Below, piece after piece: positions 7,329 through 17,279 of a stretch of 32,000 nucleotides of DNA. Origin of the DNA: Phaeodactylibacter sp. GTDB lineage: Bacteria > Bacteroidota > Bacteroidia > Chitinophagales > Saprospiraceae. A program made the translations under genes and the position numbers. A model generated the notes under the pieces. The model worked only from the letters and a program-made list of their open reading frames with translations, was not told where the DNA came from and made no database searches. Every line of letters starts with the position of its first letter. Position 1 is the stretch's first letter. The DNA is taken from contig JAGFJD010000051.1 of assembly GCA_024102975.1 (NCBI GenBank), forward strand, positions 3,788 through 35,787, in the 5' to 3' direction.

Positions 7329-8498
7329 TTAGTCAATTGTTTTTGTCGGCCGGTCCCTGCTGGGTTCGATCTCTATGACCCCTTCTTTTTCCTTCCAGTT
7401 GAAGTTTTTGCCGGGCAGGCCGCTGTCGGCGTCATACAGGGTATGCAACAGTTCGACGAACGCATTGCAAGCCTGGACGGCGAGGTCGATCCGGTCGTGC
7501 TCGTATCTGAATGCGATGGCTTTATCCAGCATCCCCCGCAGGTTTCTGACGCCCAGCGATTCGGCGAAATAGTTATCCAGGTCGTTCTGGTTGGACGTGT
7601 TCAGGCATAGATACCGCACGTTCATTTTCCAGGCCAGTTCCTTCATGGCCGCGACGGTGAACAGGAAGGGTTGTTCTTTCAACAGGGGGAACCGGGGGGC
7701 GATCTCTGCCAGCCCTTCCATCAGGGCGACGGTCAGGGCGCGGACGGCGCCTGTCAGGGATATCTTGCGGCCGGAACCCGAGAAGGTGATAGAATGGTCT
7801 CCTTCTTTTTCCACCAGCTCTATCCGGGCCAGGGTATTTCTGAGGTTGTTGAACAACCGCCCCTCCAGCCCCCGGGCCCACTCGTCGAATTGCGCCGACA
7901 GGCGGGAGTTGGCATGGACCGTAGCGCAGGGCGGGATGTAGTTTTCATCCAGGCGGAGCTGGTTGTTGGCCTGAACGATCCGGCCGACGATCAGCTGGGA
8001 AATCCCGTTGCTGGAGGCATGGGAGACCTCCGGGTAGTTGGCGATCGTCAGGTAGGCGGTCGGGACGGTGAATGGCTGGCGCGGCGATTGTTCTCCGGGC
8101 AAGGTTTCCCCGCAGGCTTTTTTGTTGTAAACATCCAGGTTCAAAACTACGTAGATGGCCTCGTCGCGGCTGCTTTGCAGGCGCTCCACGATCTGCCCCC
8201 GGCTGATCCGGTACTCTGCCAGGTGCTGTTGTTCCGGGGAGATGTCCACAAAAGCCCCGCCGGGGGTGATAGCCTGGCAGGCCAGGAGGTTGAGCACGAT
8301 GTCGTTGGATTGGTCCAGCTTGAAGAAAAGATCCCAGGAAGGCCCGGCCCCTTTGGTCGGCGTCAGGCCGTAATTGTAGGAATTCAACCGGAAAGAGGTA
8401 TGGTCCAGCAATTCATTGCGCATGGCATACTCCATGCCCAGGAAATGCTCCTGGTTCACTTTCATGCCGTCCTGCCAGTTGATGTGTAATTTTTTCAT
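7329..8498 (-). CDS. tssK: T6SS baseplate subunit TssK
   Basis: The N-terminus MKKLHINWQDGMKVNQEHFLGME matches the conserved TssK start (W-x-E/D-G-x-x-x-x-P/x-Q-H-F). The following ...LNLLACQAITPGGAFVDIS resembles the TssK shoulder segment. It is 389 aa and embedded in the T6SS operon. Confidence 0.7.
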   Translation of the reverse strand: MKKLHINWQDGMKVNQEHFLGMEYAMRNELLDHTSFRLNSYNYGLTPTKGAGPSWDLFFKLDQSNDIVLNLLACQAITPGGAFVDISPEQQHLAEYRISRGQIVERLQSSRDEAIYVVLNLDVYNKKACGETLPGEQSPRQPFTVPTAYLTIANYPEVSHASSNGISQLIVGRIVQANNQLRLDENYIPPCATVHANSRLSAQFDEWARGLEGRLFNNLRNTLARIELVEKEGDHSITFSGSGRKISLTGAVRALTVALMEGLAEIAPRFPLLKEQPFLFTVAAMKELAWKMNVRYLCLNTSNQNDLDNYFAESLGVRNLRGMLDKAIAFRYEHDRIDLAVQACNAFVELLHTLYDADSGLPGKNFNWKEKEGVIEIEPSRDRPTKTID

Positions 8499-8520
8499 GA
8501 CTATATGAAGTTAGTATTCT

Positions 8521-9492
8521 TCACTTTTTTTCAATGATGATGATCTCGTCCCCGCTGTCTTCCGGGCCCTGCCGTTTACTTCCGGTTCTCCGGGGTTGTT
8601 CTGCCGGTTGGGAGCGGAAGGCCTCTCCCAAAGGCAGCCGCCGGGCCTGGATGAAGTCTCCCTCCTGTACCTGCTGCCTGCTGAGGTTGTTAGGGTCGAC
8701 CGCCCATTTTCTGCCCCTTTTCGTCCGGCTGGCGAAAAAGGCCCATCCTATGGGGTTGCCGTCTTCATCGCTTCGCAGGTTGACGATGGGGTAATCCACG
8801 TTTTTTTCGTTGTAATCCTGCACAAAGTTCTGGAAAAAGGCGCTGAAGGTGGCGTCCAGGGGGATTCTCGACCGCAGGCCGGCAACCCTTCCCGCCGGAT
8901 AGCGCTCCGAACGGGTGAAAAAGTCCAGGTAAATATATCGCACATTATCGCTGTCCAGGTTGATCCTGGGCGCCGGCGTTTCCGGGTACGGCCAGGCGAT
9001 AAATTTCCGCTGCGGGATTTGCAGCATGAAATCGTAAGTGCGCAGGATGAGGTAGGGGACGGGCAGCCAGAGCACCGCCTTGTACTGGGCCAGGCTGTAA
9101 TCATAAAATTCGAAAACATAAGCCCACACCCAGAGCCCGGAGAGGAAACCAAGCCCCGCCGTAAAGGTGATGGCGGCGGTGAGCAGCGTTTCCGGCAGGA
9201 AAGAAGCGTGGTCCGCCCAGTCGTAATTGGCAAAGAGAAACCAGGCGTGAAATATCCCGAACAATCCGGCGGCAGCCTGGCTGATGAGCAGCACGCGGCC
9301 CGGCCCCTCTTCGTTCAGCATGCCGAGCAGCCCCAGCAGGAAGAAAAGCAGGAAACTGATGAGCGCGTAGTAGAAAACTCCTTTGCGTTCAAACTTCTGT
9401 TCCTCCTTTTGGGCAATGAACAGGCCGATCACTGAAAACAGCAAACCGGCAAAGAGTATGATTGATGTAATTATGATCGGGATCATCGTCAA
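8521..9492 (-). CDS. tssN: T6SS(iii) membrane protein TssN-like
   Basis: There are 4-5 hydrophobic helices in the first ~150 aa (IPIIITSIILFAGLLFSVIGLFIA, VFYYALISFLLFFLLGLLGML, LLISQAAAGLFGIFHAWFLFA, LLTAAITFTAGLGFLSGLWVWAYVF), then a ~170-aa soluble domain. It overlaps the tssG stop by 4 nt. Architecture and position match Bacteroidota TssN. Confidence 0.6.
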   Translation of the reverse strand: MTMIPIIITSIILFAGLLFSVIGLFIAQKEEQKFERKGVFYYALISFLLFFLLGLLGMLNEEGPGRVLLISQAAAGLFGIFHAWFLFANYDWADHASFLPETLLTAAITFTAGLGFLSGLWVWAYVFEFYDYSLAQYKAVLWLPVPYLILRTYDFMLQIPQRKFIAWPYPETPAPRINLDSDNVRYIYLDFFTRSERYPAGRVAGLRSRIPLDATFSAFFQNFVQDYNEKNVDYPIVNLRSDEDGNPIGWAFFASRTKRGRKWAVDPNNLSRQQVQEGDFIQARRLPLGEAFRSQPAEQPRRTGSKRQGPEDSGDEIIIIEKK

Positions 9493-10469
9493 ATAAAAGT
9501 GGTATATCCTAAAATGTTATTGTAAACAGGTTCGCCTTTTTCCTGGCCGTTGCCCGGAACGAACCGCCGGCCTTCCGGTTCTATCTCCAGTTGAATTTCC
9601 AGCCGGGCCTCAATGGGCAGGAAGAACCGCTCCAGGATCCGGACGAGCTTGTGCTGCCCATGCCCGGGCAGGTAACTGGCCGCCCGCCGGGGGCTCATCG
9701 GCCCGATTGCGATGATCAGCCCCGGAATGTCGTCTTTGAAAGTTTCTCCCAATACCAGGTTTTCTCCCAGAAAGGAGCTTCCAAGCGGCTGCACCTCGCT
9801 CTCTTTGGCTTCCCGGCGGTTGCCGTAAACCCATTTCCACCGGGCAGGGTCATCCAGGACGATAGAGAACAAAGCGGACAATTCTTCCAGCCGGCCCTTA
9901 TACGAAAAGGCATAGGGCAGGAGATAAAGCAGGGAGATCACCTGTTCATTAGCGATGCCCGCGACGTCCAGCCCCCAGAACTGTTCGGCAAAATAACGCG
10001 CCCCCGTATCGCTCTTGAAGCCTGCCAGGACCTTCCGTTCGGCCATCTCCAGGGCGATCCGCTGGTTGTAGAACTCCTGTTCGATGGGAAAGAAGAAGTC
10101 CCTGGCGGCCTGCCGTTCCTGCTGTTCCGCTTCCACGTCCTTTTTAACCTGGCCAATGTCCTTTTTCTGATTTTCCTTGCGCAGGTCGTGAAAGATACCC
10201 TTCGGCAGGCTGTCGTAAATCCCTTCCCTCCAGATGCTGAACAACAGGTGCCGGAACGCTCCGAATTTGGGGTCTTTTTCGATCTCAACCTGGTCGATAT
10301 CCTTGCGGTAGCCGCGCCGGAAGATGCCCAGCGTCCGCACCTTTTTTTCCGTCCACTTCAGGCGCCCGTTCTCGATCAGCTCGGTGAGCAGCACTTCGGC
10401 CCTGATATCATCGCGGATATTCGAAAGGGTATCCACTATTTTCCGGTAAACCTCCATATAGCTATGCAT
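9489..10469 (-). CDS. tssG: T6SS baseplate subunit TssG
   Basis: A 326-aa protein immediately downstream of tssF (18-nt gap), with the size and position expected of TssG in the conserved tssE-tssF-tssG order. Confidence 0.65.
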   Translation of the reverse strand: MHSYMEVYRKIVDTLSNIRDDIRAEVLLTELIENGRLKWTEKKVRTLGIFRRGYRKDIDQVEIEKDPKFGAFRHLLFSIWREGIYDSLPKGIFHDLRKENQKKDIGQVKKDVEAEQQERQAARDFFFPIEQEFYNQRIALEMAERKVLAGFKSDTGARYFAEQFWGLDVAGIANEQVISLLYLLPYAFSYKGRLEELSALFSIVLDDPARWKWVYGNRREAKESEVQPLGSSFLGENLVLGETFKDDIPGLIIAIGPMSPRRAASYLPGHGQHKLVRILERFFLPIEARLEIQLEIEPEGRRFVPGNGQEKGEPVYNNILGYTTFI

Positions 10470-10487
10470 ATTTAACGAAATCCGGAT

Positions 10488-12368
10488 TTAATCGACAAAA
10501 ACCTGGATGGGCACAAAGCCGGCAGATTTGCCGTTCAGTTCGACCGTCAGTTTTTGGGCCAGATACCGGCAATGCTGGGGGTCCGGCGTACCCCGGAGCT
10601 TGATGGCCACATCCAGGGTCCGGATGAAGCCGGTCCTCGGCCCCGGCCCCGTTTTCGAGCCGTCGGTTATGGCAAGGCTTTGGATTTCCGGGCCGGCCTG
10701 CTGGTAGCAGAGCAGCCGGATGTCCTCCCGGGTGACGACCTTGTCCCTCACTACGATCGCGGATTTGAAAGCGTCCAGCCGGTCCTTCTCCAGGAGGCGG
10801 TTCCGGCCTCCGAGCGTGGTGGTCGTCAGCTTGATTCCGCCTTCATCATAACCGCTGCGCGAAGCGTCGAAAGACTTCAGCGGCTCGCCGGCGGGGATAT
10901 TCCTTCCCGCCTTGCCGCCGGTCGACCAGTAGCGGACGACCACATACTCCTCTTCCGCCGGCGGGAAAGCGACGAAGCATTTATCTTCCAGGTTTTCTTC
11001 TTCTTTTGCGGCGTAGAGCTTGTTGTTGATATCGTTGATGGACTTTCGGATGGACTTGAGGTTGTGGGTGATCACATTTTTGCCCAAAGCGTGATAGATG
11101 AGCGATTCCTCCCGGAGAATCTGCAGGATGTTTTCCATCAGCTCCAGGCTGGCCCTTTTGTCAAACCGGTGCACCCCGTCCCGCCGCAACGCATAAACGC
11201 TGGTTTCGCCGTTGGGCTTCTGCCGGCCCTGGTTGGCCAGGTGGGTAAAGGGTTTTTCGATGTACTCCTTGCCCTGGCGGGAATTTTTCACGTCTTCGAT
11301 GCAGTAGAAGAACCCCTCGGGCCTGAGGGAGAACATATTGACCTCGGTTCCCAGGCGGAAGTTCGGCGTGTGGAACCGGCGGTTGAGGACGGGGAAGCAG
11401 TTGACCTGGCAAGCCATCTTGCGGGCCATCTCTTCCAGGGCTTCCCGGCTGGAGAAGGGCGCCGGAGAGAATTCTGCCTGCAGCCAGAAACAGGCTTCTT
11501 TGATTTCTTTGTCGAGGGCCTCCTCGCCGAAGGTTTCCGCCAGGGGGATGGGGTAGGGCAGGGGCCGGAAACTGGCAAAGTCCTCTCCGTCCGGGCAGGA
11601 CACGTTCAGGAACTGGCCGCGGTAATAAGCGTTGGCCTCCTGTTCGTGCTGCCGCATCAGGTGGAACTGGCTGAAGCCGCCGGGGGCGGCCGTCCCCTCC
11701 GCTTTCGCCAGGCCAGGTTGCGTATGCAGCGGGATGTCGTTCATTTTCCAGCGCGAGGTCTGCAGCAGCTCCTCCAGGCGGCTGTAGTTCTTTTCAAATG
11801 GCAGGTTGAAATAGAAATTCACCCCGCCGATGTCGGTACAACCTTCGGCGATGGCCAGCCCGATCCACAGGACTCCGGGCGGCAAAGCCTCGCCCCGCGG
11901 GCTCCGGAACAGCTCTTCCTTTTCCATGCCGTTGCGCAACGCGAAAAAAGAGTTTCCGGAAGCGAGGTACTGCACCCGGCCGTCCAGCAGTTGGAAGCTG
12001 TCGGTGGGGGTAAAAAAAACATCCTTTCCCGATGGCGAAGCATAGGCGAAGTGATCCTGGTATTTGTCGGTCGTGAAGTTGCCGCCGGCAGAGGGCGCAT
12101 AGAGAATGCCATGAGCGGGGATGGGGCCCGTGTAGGCGTCAGGCGTCAGCAACTGGGCCAGATGTTCCAGCATCCTCGACTGGGAAGACTGTATTTCGCC
12201 GGAAAAGATCTTGAATTCGCTGGCGCAGGCGCTGATGAGCATGTGGACCAGCGGGTCGTACCGGTCCAGGTTGCTGATGTCGTGATCCAGGTATTTCTTG
12301 TAAACCTCAGCCGCTTCTTTATACAGGCGCTGCTGAATGGTCGCTTTATCGGTAGAAAATGGATTCAT
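10488..12368 (-). CDS. tssF: T6SS baseplate subunit TssF
   Basis: A 626-aa protein directly after the gp25-like tssE. The N-terminal region ...YDPLVHMLISACASEF...LAQLLTPDAYTGPIPAHGILYA resembles the TssF (gp6-like) N-terminal pattern. Confidence 0.75.
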   Translation of the reverse strand: MNPFSTDKATIQQRLYKEAAEVYKKYLDHDISNLDRYDPLVHMLISACASEFKIFSGEIQSSQSRMLEHLAQLLTPDAYTGPIPAHGILYAPSAGGNFTTDKYQDHFAYASPSGKDVFFTPTDSFQLLDGRVQYLASGNSFFALRNGMEKEELFRSPRGEALPPGVLWIGLAIAEGCTDIGGVNFYFNLPFEKNYSRLEELLQTSRWKMNDIPLHTQPGLAKAEGTAAPGGFSQFHLMRQHEQEANAYYRGQFLNVSCPDGEDFASFRPLPYPIPLAETFGEEALDKEIKEACFWLQAEFSPAPFSSREALEEMARKMACQVNCFPVLNRRFHTPNFRLGTEVNMFSLRPEGFFYCIEDVKNSRQGKEYIEKPFTHLANQGRQKPNGETSVYALRRDGVHRFDKRASLELMENILQILREESLIYHALGKNVITHNLKSIRKSINDINNKLYAAKEEENLEDKCFVAFPPAEEEYVVVRYWSTGGKAGRNIPAGEPLKSFDASRSGYDEGGIKLTTTTLGGRNRLLEKDRLDAFKSAIVVRDKVVTREDIRLLCYQQAGPEIQSLAITDGSKTGPGPRTGFIRTLDVAIKLRGTPDPQHCRYLAQKLTVELNGKSAGFVPIQVFVD

Positions 12369-12399
12369 CCCCTGTGTTTTTCATTTACTGGCCTCCCGA

Positions 12400-12822
12400 T
12401 CACCGCGAATACGGGCTAAAGAACAAGGTGTCCTTGTACTGGAACCGCTTGCTGGTGCCCTTGATCGACCCTCTGATCTCGAAATCGAGGATCTGGTTGT
12501 TGCGCTTGGCGTTTTTCGGGTCGACGTTCACTTTGATGTTGAACTCCTCGACGCTCTCGATGCGGTGTTCGTATTTCAGGATGGCCTCTTCCAGCGACGC
12601 TTTTATTTCGTCCTTCCAGATGTTAATATTGGACGGCACGACGAAATCGACCTCCCAGATTTTGCAGCCGTAGGCGAGGTCGTAGCGAAACTCATTCAGC
12701 TTGGTGCTGATGATCAGGGAGATGTTCTGGATGATGGATTCCTGAACGGAACAGGTCAACCCTTTCCTTTCCTGCCGCAGCAAAGTTTCGAAGCTGAACG
12801 GTATGTTGTAGTAATTGTCCAT
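12400..12822 (-). CDS. tssE: T6SS baseplate subunit TssE (GPW/gp25 family)
   Basis: A 140-aa protein. ...VQESIIQNISLIISTKLNEFRYDLAYGCKIWEVDF... matches the gp25-like signature region. It sits between vgrG and tssF. Confidence 0.8.
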   Translation of the reverse strand: MDNYYNIPFSFETLLRQERKGLTCSVQESIIQNISLIISTKLNEFRYDLAYGCKIWEVDFVVPSNINIWKDEIKASLEEAILKYEHRIESVEEFNIKVNVDPKNAKRNNQILDFEIRGSIKGTSKRFQYKDTLFFSPYSR

Positions 12823-12832
12823 GGACGGCGGT

Positions 12833-14857
12833 TTAGTTGAGCTGGACGATCTTGCCGCTGACCACCACCGGGCCGTCGCTGCCGACGCTGGTCATCGTTT
12901 TGCTGCTTACGTTGACGTTGACGTCGGCCACTATGTCTACATTGGTCTTGCCGCCTACTGAAACGGCGTCTGTTTCGCTGACCAGTCCGACGGCTTTATT
13001 GCCCTGAGCGGCAAGCGCTCCGGTTTGGGCAATGATTGCGGCGTCTGTTTTGGCAATGACGGCTACGGCTTTGGTTTTAGACTTCACCAGCAGGTCCTCC
13101 TTGGCTTCGATCGCAGTAGCCTTATCGGAAGAGGTTGTAATATTTTCAGTAGCTGTCAATTCAATATTCTTGCCCGTATTGACCATCACATTCCTGGCAT
13201 CCATGACGATGTCCTCTTCGGCTGAGATAGAGATATTCTTCGCGCTGAGGTTCATCTGGTTGGGGGTGGTGATGCTGATGGCGCCCCCGTCCGACATGGT
13301 CAGGATGATGGAGTTCGTGCCGCCCTTGTTCAGGATTTTGATCTCTTCGGACCCTCCTTTGTCATTGAGGATGATCTCGTTGCCGCATTTGGTTTTGATG
13401 GCCTTGATGTTGTTTTCCGGTTCGCTCCAGTTGCCGGCCGGTTTGCCGTCTTTGTTGTAGACGGAGCCGAGTACGAAGGGTTTGTCGGGGTGGTTGTGTT
13501 CGTAGCCCGCCATCACCTCGTCTCCCTTTTCCGGGATGACGTAGAAGCCGCCGGACTTGCCGCCGTGGGAGCTGACCAGGCGAATCCAGGGCGTCATCTC
13601 GTTTCCTTTCTGCCAGTAGAACTGCACCCGCACCCGGCCCAGCTTCTTCGGGTCGATGTTTTCCTTAACGACGGCGGGCTCCGGCTCGGGTTGCGGAAAG
13701 CGGATTTTTTCATTCAGCGGCGGCACGCCCACCTCTTTAGGCAGGGCGCTGAAGGAATTGTAGTAGTCGCCGTCACCGCCGATGTAATGGGTGGCCTGGG
13801 TGACGACGAATTCGCCGAAGTTCTCTAACCCCTTGGTCATATCCTCCGCTTTGGCGCCGGTGACGGAGATGGTGCGCCCGATGCCCAGGCCGATGTGGTC
13901 GCTGTTGCCGGTGATAAAGACCATGCCGCTCGACTGCTGGTCCACCCGGCGTTCTACCTGCTTATCCAGTTCTTTCTGGTCTCCGGTCAGGTTGGCTTGT
14001 GGCCAGGCGGGCGTGGCGGCGAACAGCTTGCCCGATTCGTTGAACGCCAGCTCGCCGTAGGCGGGGTCAAAATGGCTGATCTTCTTGTCTTTCGAAGCCG
14101 AGGTATAGACTTCGCTTTTCTCGTAGTTGTAGTACTTTTGCTCGTAGTTGGTGGCGGCGAGCGACAGTTTCAGGTTGAAATCATAGAGATCTCTGCCCAG
14201 CAGCAGGGGGATGGCCTTGGGCAGGTCCAGCTTGCCGAAAACCAGTTCGCTGCCGTTGTAATAAATCCATTCCCCGTACCGGTTGGCGATCCGTTGCAGG
14301 AAGTTGAAGTTCGACTCCTTGTACTGCACTACGTAGGGAATGGGATCGGTATGCTCCGGGTCGGCTTTGCAGCTCAGGACGTTTGCGGGGTATTCCTTCA
14401 TTACCTCCTTCACGATATCGGACAACCCTTTTTCAGCAAAGGAGCGGTAATTCCTGCCGTTGTCCAGCAGCACCGTCGTGCTTTTCCCTTTCAGGATCAG
14501 CTCATTGCTGCTGCCGAAGGCGCGGGCGAAGCCGATATCCGTGATGATGCCGACGAAGGCAGGGCTCCTGGCATCGGTGAGCAGGTCGGATTCCAGGGAA
14601 ATACGGACCACCTTGCCGATGAATTCTTTAGATTTACTGAAGACGAAGTTGCCCTCTCCTTCGATCGATTCTATGGGCACCTGAATCCGGAATTCGTGGT
14701 GCCCGAACAGGTGCTGGTCGATCCGGATCTGGGTGTACCTGGTAATTTCCCGGACCCCCTCGACTTCGATAAATGCGAGTGCTTTCTTTGCCAAAACATT
14801 CAGATTGAGGTTATTTAAATGATGCCAACCCGAAAAGGCGGAGGCCGCCTCAGTCAC
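12833..14857 (-). CDS. vgrG: T6SS spike protein VgrG (TssI)
   Basis: ...GRVRVQFYWQKGNEMTPWIRLVSSHGGKSGGFYVIPEKGDEVMAGYEHNHPDKPFVLGSVYN is the gp5 OB-fold signature. The C-terminal ~170 aa are beta-helix-like repeats (ISISAEEDIVMDARNVMVNTGKNIELTATENI...). No obvious extra effector domain is present. Confidence 0.9.
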   Translation of the reverse strand: MTEAASAFSGWHHLNNLNLNVLAKKALAFIEVEGVREITRYTQIRIDQHLFGHHEFRIQVPIESIEGEGNFVFSKSKEFIGKVVRISLESDLLTDARSPAFVGIITDIGFARAFGSSNELILKGKSTTVLLDNGRNYRSFAEKGLSDIVKEVMKEYPANVLSCKADPEHTDPIPYVVQYKESNFNFLQRIANRYGEWIYYNGSELVFGKLDLPKAIPLLLGRDLYDFNLKLSLAATNYEQKYYNYEKSEVYTSASKDKKISHFDPAYGELAFNESGKLFAATPAWPQANLTGDQKELDKQVERRVDQQSSGMVFITGNSDHIGLGIGRTISVTGAKAEDMTKGLENFGEFVVTQATHYIGGDGDYYNSFSALPKEVGVPPLNEKIRFPQPEPEPAVVKENIDPKKLGRVRVQFYWQKGNEMTPWIRLVSSHGGKSGGFYVIPEKGDEVMAGYEHNHPDKPFVLGSVYNKDGKPAGNWSEPENNIKAIKTKCGNEIILNDKGGSEEIKILNKGGTNSIILTMSDGGAISITTPNQMNLSAKNISISAEEDIVMDARNVMVNTGKNIELTATENITTSSDKATAIEAKEDLLVKSKTKAVAVIAKTDAAIIAQTGALAAQGNKAVGLVSETDAVSVGGKTNVDIVADVNVNVSSKTMTSVGSDGPVVVSGKIVQLN

Positions 14858-14875
14858 GATGCGGCCCTGCCCGCC

Positions 14876-15265
14876 TTACTTGTACCAGCTGTTCTCGTGC
14901 GTGCCGTCTCCGATGATCATCTTTTTGGCGGACAAGCGGAAGCTTTCCACCATGCCGTTCTCTCCCCGGGAGCCGAAACTCTCTTCGTAATTGACCATGT
15001 AGGCGTCTTCGAATTCCACTACCTTGAGTTCGGCATCCTCGGTGGGGTCCTCGAAGATGATTTTGCCGCTTTTGCGTAGTTTTGAGGACATCATCCAGGA
15101 AGAAAACAGGGTGGTGCCCGTCGTTTCTACTGTGATGTCGATGGTGCCGCCGCGGACTTCGCTGGACGGTTTTCCGAACTGGTCGTAGTCGCGCTCGAAA
15201 TGGTAAGAGCATTCCAGAACGCGGAACGGTGTGCTGTCGACTTCCAAATTGGCTTTAAAAGGCAT
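14876..15265 (-). CDS. hcp: T6SS tube protein Hcp (TssD), Bacteroidota type
   Basis: A 129-aa protein between tssC and vgrG. MPFKANLEVDSTPFRVLECSYHFERDYDQFGKPSSEVRGGTIDITVE resembles subtype-iii Hcp sequences. Confidence 0.8.
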   Translation of the reverse strand: MPFKANLEVDSTPFRVLECSYHFERDYDQFGKPSSEVRGGTIDITVETTGTTLFSSWMMSSKLRKSGKIIFEDPTEDAELKVVEFEDAYMVNYEESFGSRGENGMVESFRLSAKKMIIGDGTHENSWYK

Positions 15266-15290
15266 AATTCATTGGTTTTTATGAAGAAAA

Positions 15291-16631
15291 TTAAGATTGC
15301 TCCACTGAGGTGTTCCAGATGTAATTGTCCACCCCTTCACCGGAGGTGCCGTCCATTTTCAGAGCAAAGGTCTTGGCCGGGAACAGGGGATCCATAATGA
15401 TGTGGACCAGTATGCGGTCCGGCCGGCCGTTGGCGGTATCCGGTTCGAATTTATCGATCTTGAAGGCCTTGATGAGCTTGTTGGGGCCGGTAATGCTGTT
15501 GAGGAACTTGGCGATCTGGCTGCGGTAGGTATCGAGCATCTTCTGGCTTGCGTTTTCGAAACCTGCCTGGTTCAGGAAATCCATCACCACCTTTCCGACC
15601 CAGTCGTAGACCCGCACCACGCTGTAGGTCTGCAGGCCGACGTCGTCGGCGGTGCTCAGCGTGCGGGCAGAATAGGGCATAACGGCGTTGAAGTCTTTGA
15701 CTACCGGCACCAGCCCCTGTTCGTCCAGCAGCCCGATGTGTTCCATCAGCAGCTCAAAACGCACGTTCTCCACGAATTCCAGGGCGCCGTACCGTTTGCC
15801 GGCACTGGGCTGGGAAATGGGAACGTTGGGGTCGTAGAGCTTGCCGGCCAGGGCGGCGGAAGGGGGGATGGTGAGGTCGTCATACTCATCCGATTGCTCG
15901 TCCTTTTTGCGGCCGATGAGCCAGTTGCAGGTCATCACCACGTTGGTCTTGTCCAGGTCGGCAAAGCCGGATTCCTGGAATTCCTCCAGGACGCTGTCGT
16001 AGCTCGACAGGTCGTGGAAATCCGTCAGCAGCAGCACCTTGTTGTCCCGGGCCATGCTGGAGAACTCCTTCAGCACCATATTGGAGCCGATATAGCCGGG
16101 AATGGCCATGATGGAGTAGTTCTGGGATTTCCCGAGCTTGCCGTAAGACCACAGCAGCTTGTTGCGGATTTCGGCCCGGAACTGGTCGAGGTTAGGGTCG
16201 GACAGCTGGTCCATGCTGGCGTTCAGGATGGTGAGGTTCCTGATTTTGTCGTGCTTGGCGTTCTTGAAGAACAGGACGATAGAGCGGTAGCTCTGCTCCA
16301 GCAGGCGGGTTTCTTCCAACGCCTTTTGAATGTTTTTATTGAGCAGTGCTTCGGCTTTCCTGCCTTCTTCCTGTGCCTTCTTCTGCATTTCGCCGACGGT
16401 GTCGTGATTCGACAGCAACTCAATCCACGCTTTCAGCCGGTTCTTCAGCTCCAGGCGCTTGTCCTTTTTCTTCTTGTCGGTGAGGAAGATTTGCCGTTCC
16501 GCCTTCTTCCGGGGGTCCAGCCGTTTGGTATCGTCCACGGTCTTGGCCACCATATTGAACTTGCCGTACTTGGCGAGCGTGTCTAGCTTTTCCTTGTATA
16601 TTTCTTCAACTGGTTTCAGTTCTTCTGCCAT
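15291..16631 (-). CDS. tssC: T6SS contractile sheath large subunit TssC
   Basis: A 446-aa protein immediately downstream of the small sheath subunit and upstream of hcp, with the size and position typical of T6SS(iii) TssC. Confidence 0.8.
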   Translation of the reverse strand: MAEELKPVEEIYKEKLDTLAKYGKFNMVAKTVDDTKRLDPRKKAERQIFLTDKKKKDKRLELKNRLKAWIELLSNHDTVGEMQKKAQEEGRKAEALLNKNIQKALEETRLLEQSYRSIVLFFKNAKHDKIRNLTILNASMDQLSDPNLDQFRAEIRNKLLWSYGKLGKSQNYSIMAIPGYIGSNMVLKEFSSMARDNKVLLLTDFHDLSSYDSVLEEFQESGFADLDKTNVVMTCNWLIGRKKDEQSDEYDDLTIPPSAALAGKLYDPNVPISQPSAGKRYGALEFVENVRFELLMEHIGLLDEQGLVPVVKDFNAVMPYSARTLSTADDVGLQTYSVVRVYDWVGKVVMDFLNQAGFENASQKMLDTYRSQIAKFLNSITGPNKLIKAFKIDKFEPDTANGRPDRILVHIIMDPLFPAKTFALKMDGTSGEGVDNYIWNTSVEQS

Positions 16632-16682
16632 TTTCTAAGATTTGAGAGGTTTAAAAAAGGTAGTGCTATCCGGGCGTGAAGG

Positions 16683-17168
16683 TTATCCCTCCGCGCTTTC
16701 CGGGTCAGCGGCCTCCAGTTCTTCGATCAGGCTTTTCAGCACGTCGATATAGGCCTGTTTCTCTTCCGGGTCGGCCAGCAGCATGCTCAGTTGCTCGTCG
16801 GTCAGTTTTTCCATGAAACTCTGATACAGTTCCATTTTGGTGGAAATCCGGGTGAGCAATTCGGACTGCTTGATGATGCCGTCGCGGCCAAAATCCATCA
16901 GAGAATTGAACCGGAGCTCCTGCTCTTCGCCGACGCCTGCTTCGTCGGTCATTTCAACAACTTTGCTGGGTTTGAACTTGTCGAACACGTCCTGCACCGT
17001 CTGGCAGTCGTCGACAAATTCGACGTCCGAGGGCGGTTCGTCGGTGAATTGCTGGACGAACAGCGTCCGGTTGTAGGGAATCTGTGGGACGGCCGTTGGC
17101 AGTTCGTTTTCTATCAGCCAGGTTCCCGGCCATTTTATGTCTCTGAAGTCAAAAAATTTAGGTGGCAT
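16683..17168 (-). CDS. tssB: T6SS contractile sheath small subunit TssB
   Basis: A 161-aa acidic protein between clpV and tssC, with the size and position typical of TssB/VipA. Confidence 0.75.
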   Translation of the reverse strand: MPPKFFDFRDIKWPGTWLIENELPTAVPQIPYNRTLFVQQFTDEPPSDVEFVDDCQTVQDVFDKFKPSKVVEMTDEAGVGEEQELRFNSLMDFGRDGIIKQSELLTRISTKMELYQSFMEKLTDEQLSMLLADPEEKQAYIDVLKSLIEELEAADPESAEG

Positions 17169-17279
17169 ATTAGAGTTAATTTACATAGTTGTTAACTATC
17201 AGGCTGTCTTCAGGATGAATGCCGTTGTCCTGTTTAATCCTTTAAATCCCGGCATCCTGTCAATTAATACCCGAAGCGG

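Noticed and set aside
10554-12419. 621-aa + strand ORF opposite tssF
   Set aside because: It is an antisense shadow ORF. The minus-strand product fits TssF in size, order and N-terminal pattern, while the + strand product is featureless and R/G/P/V-rich.
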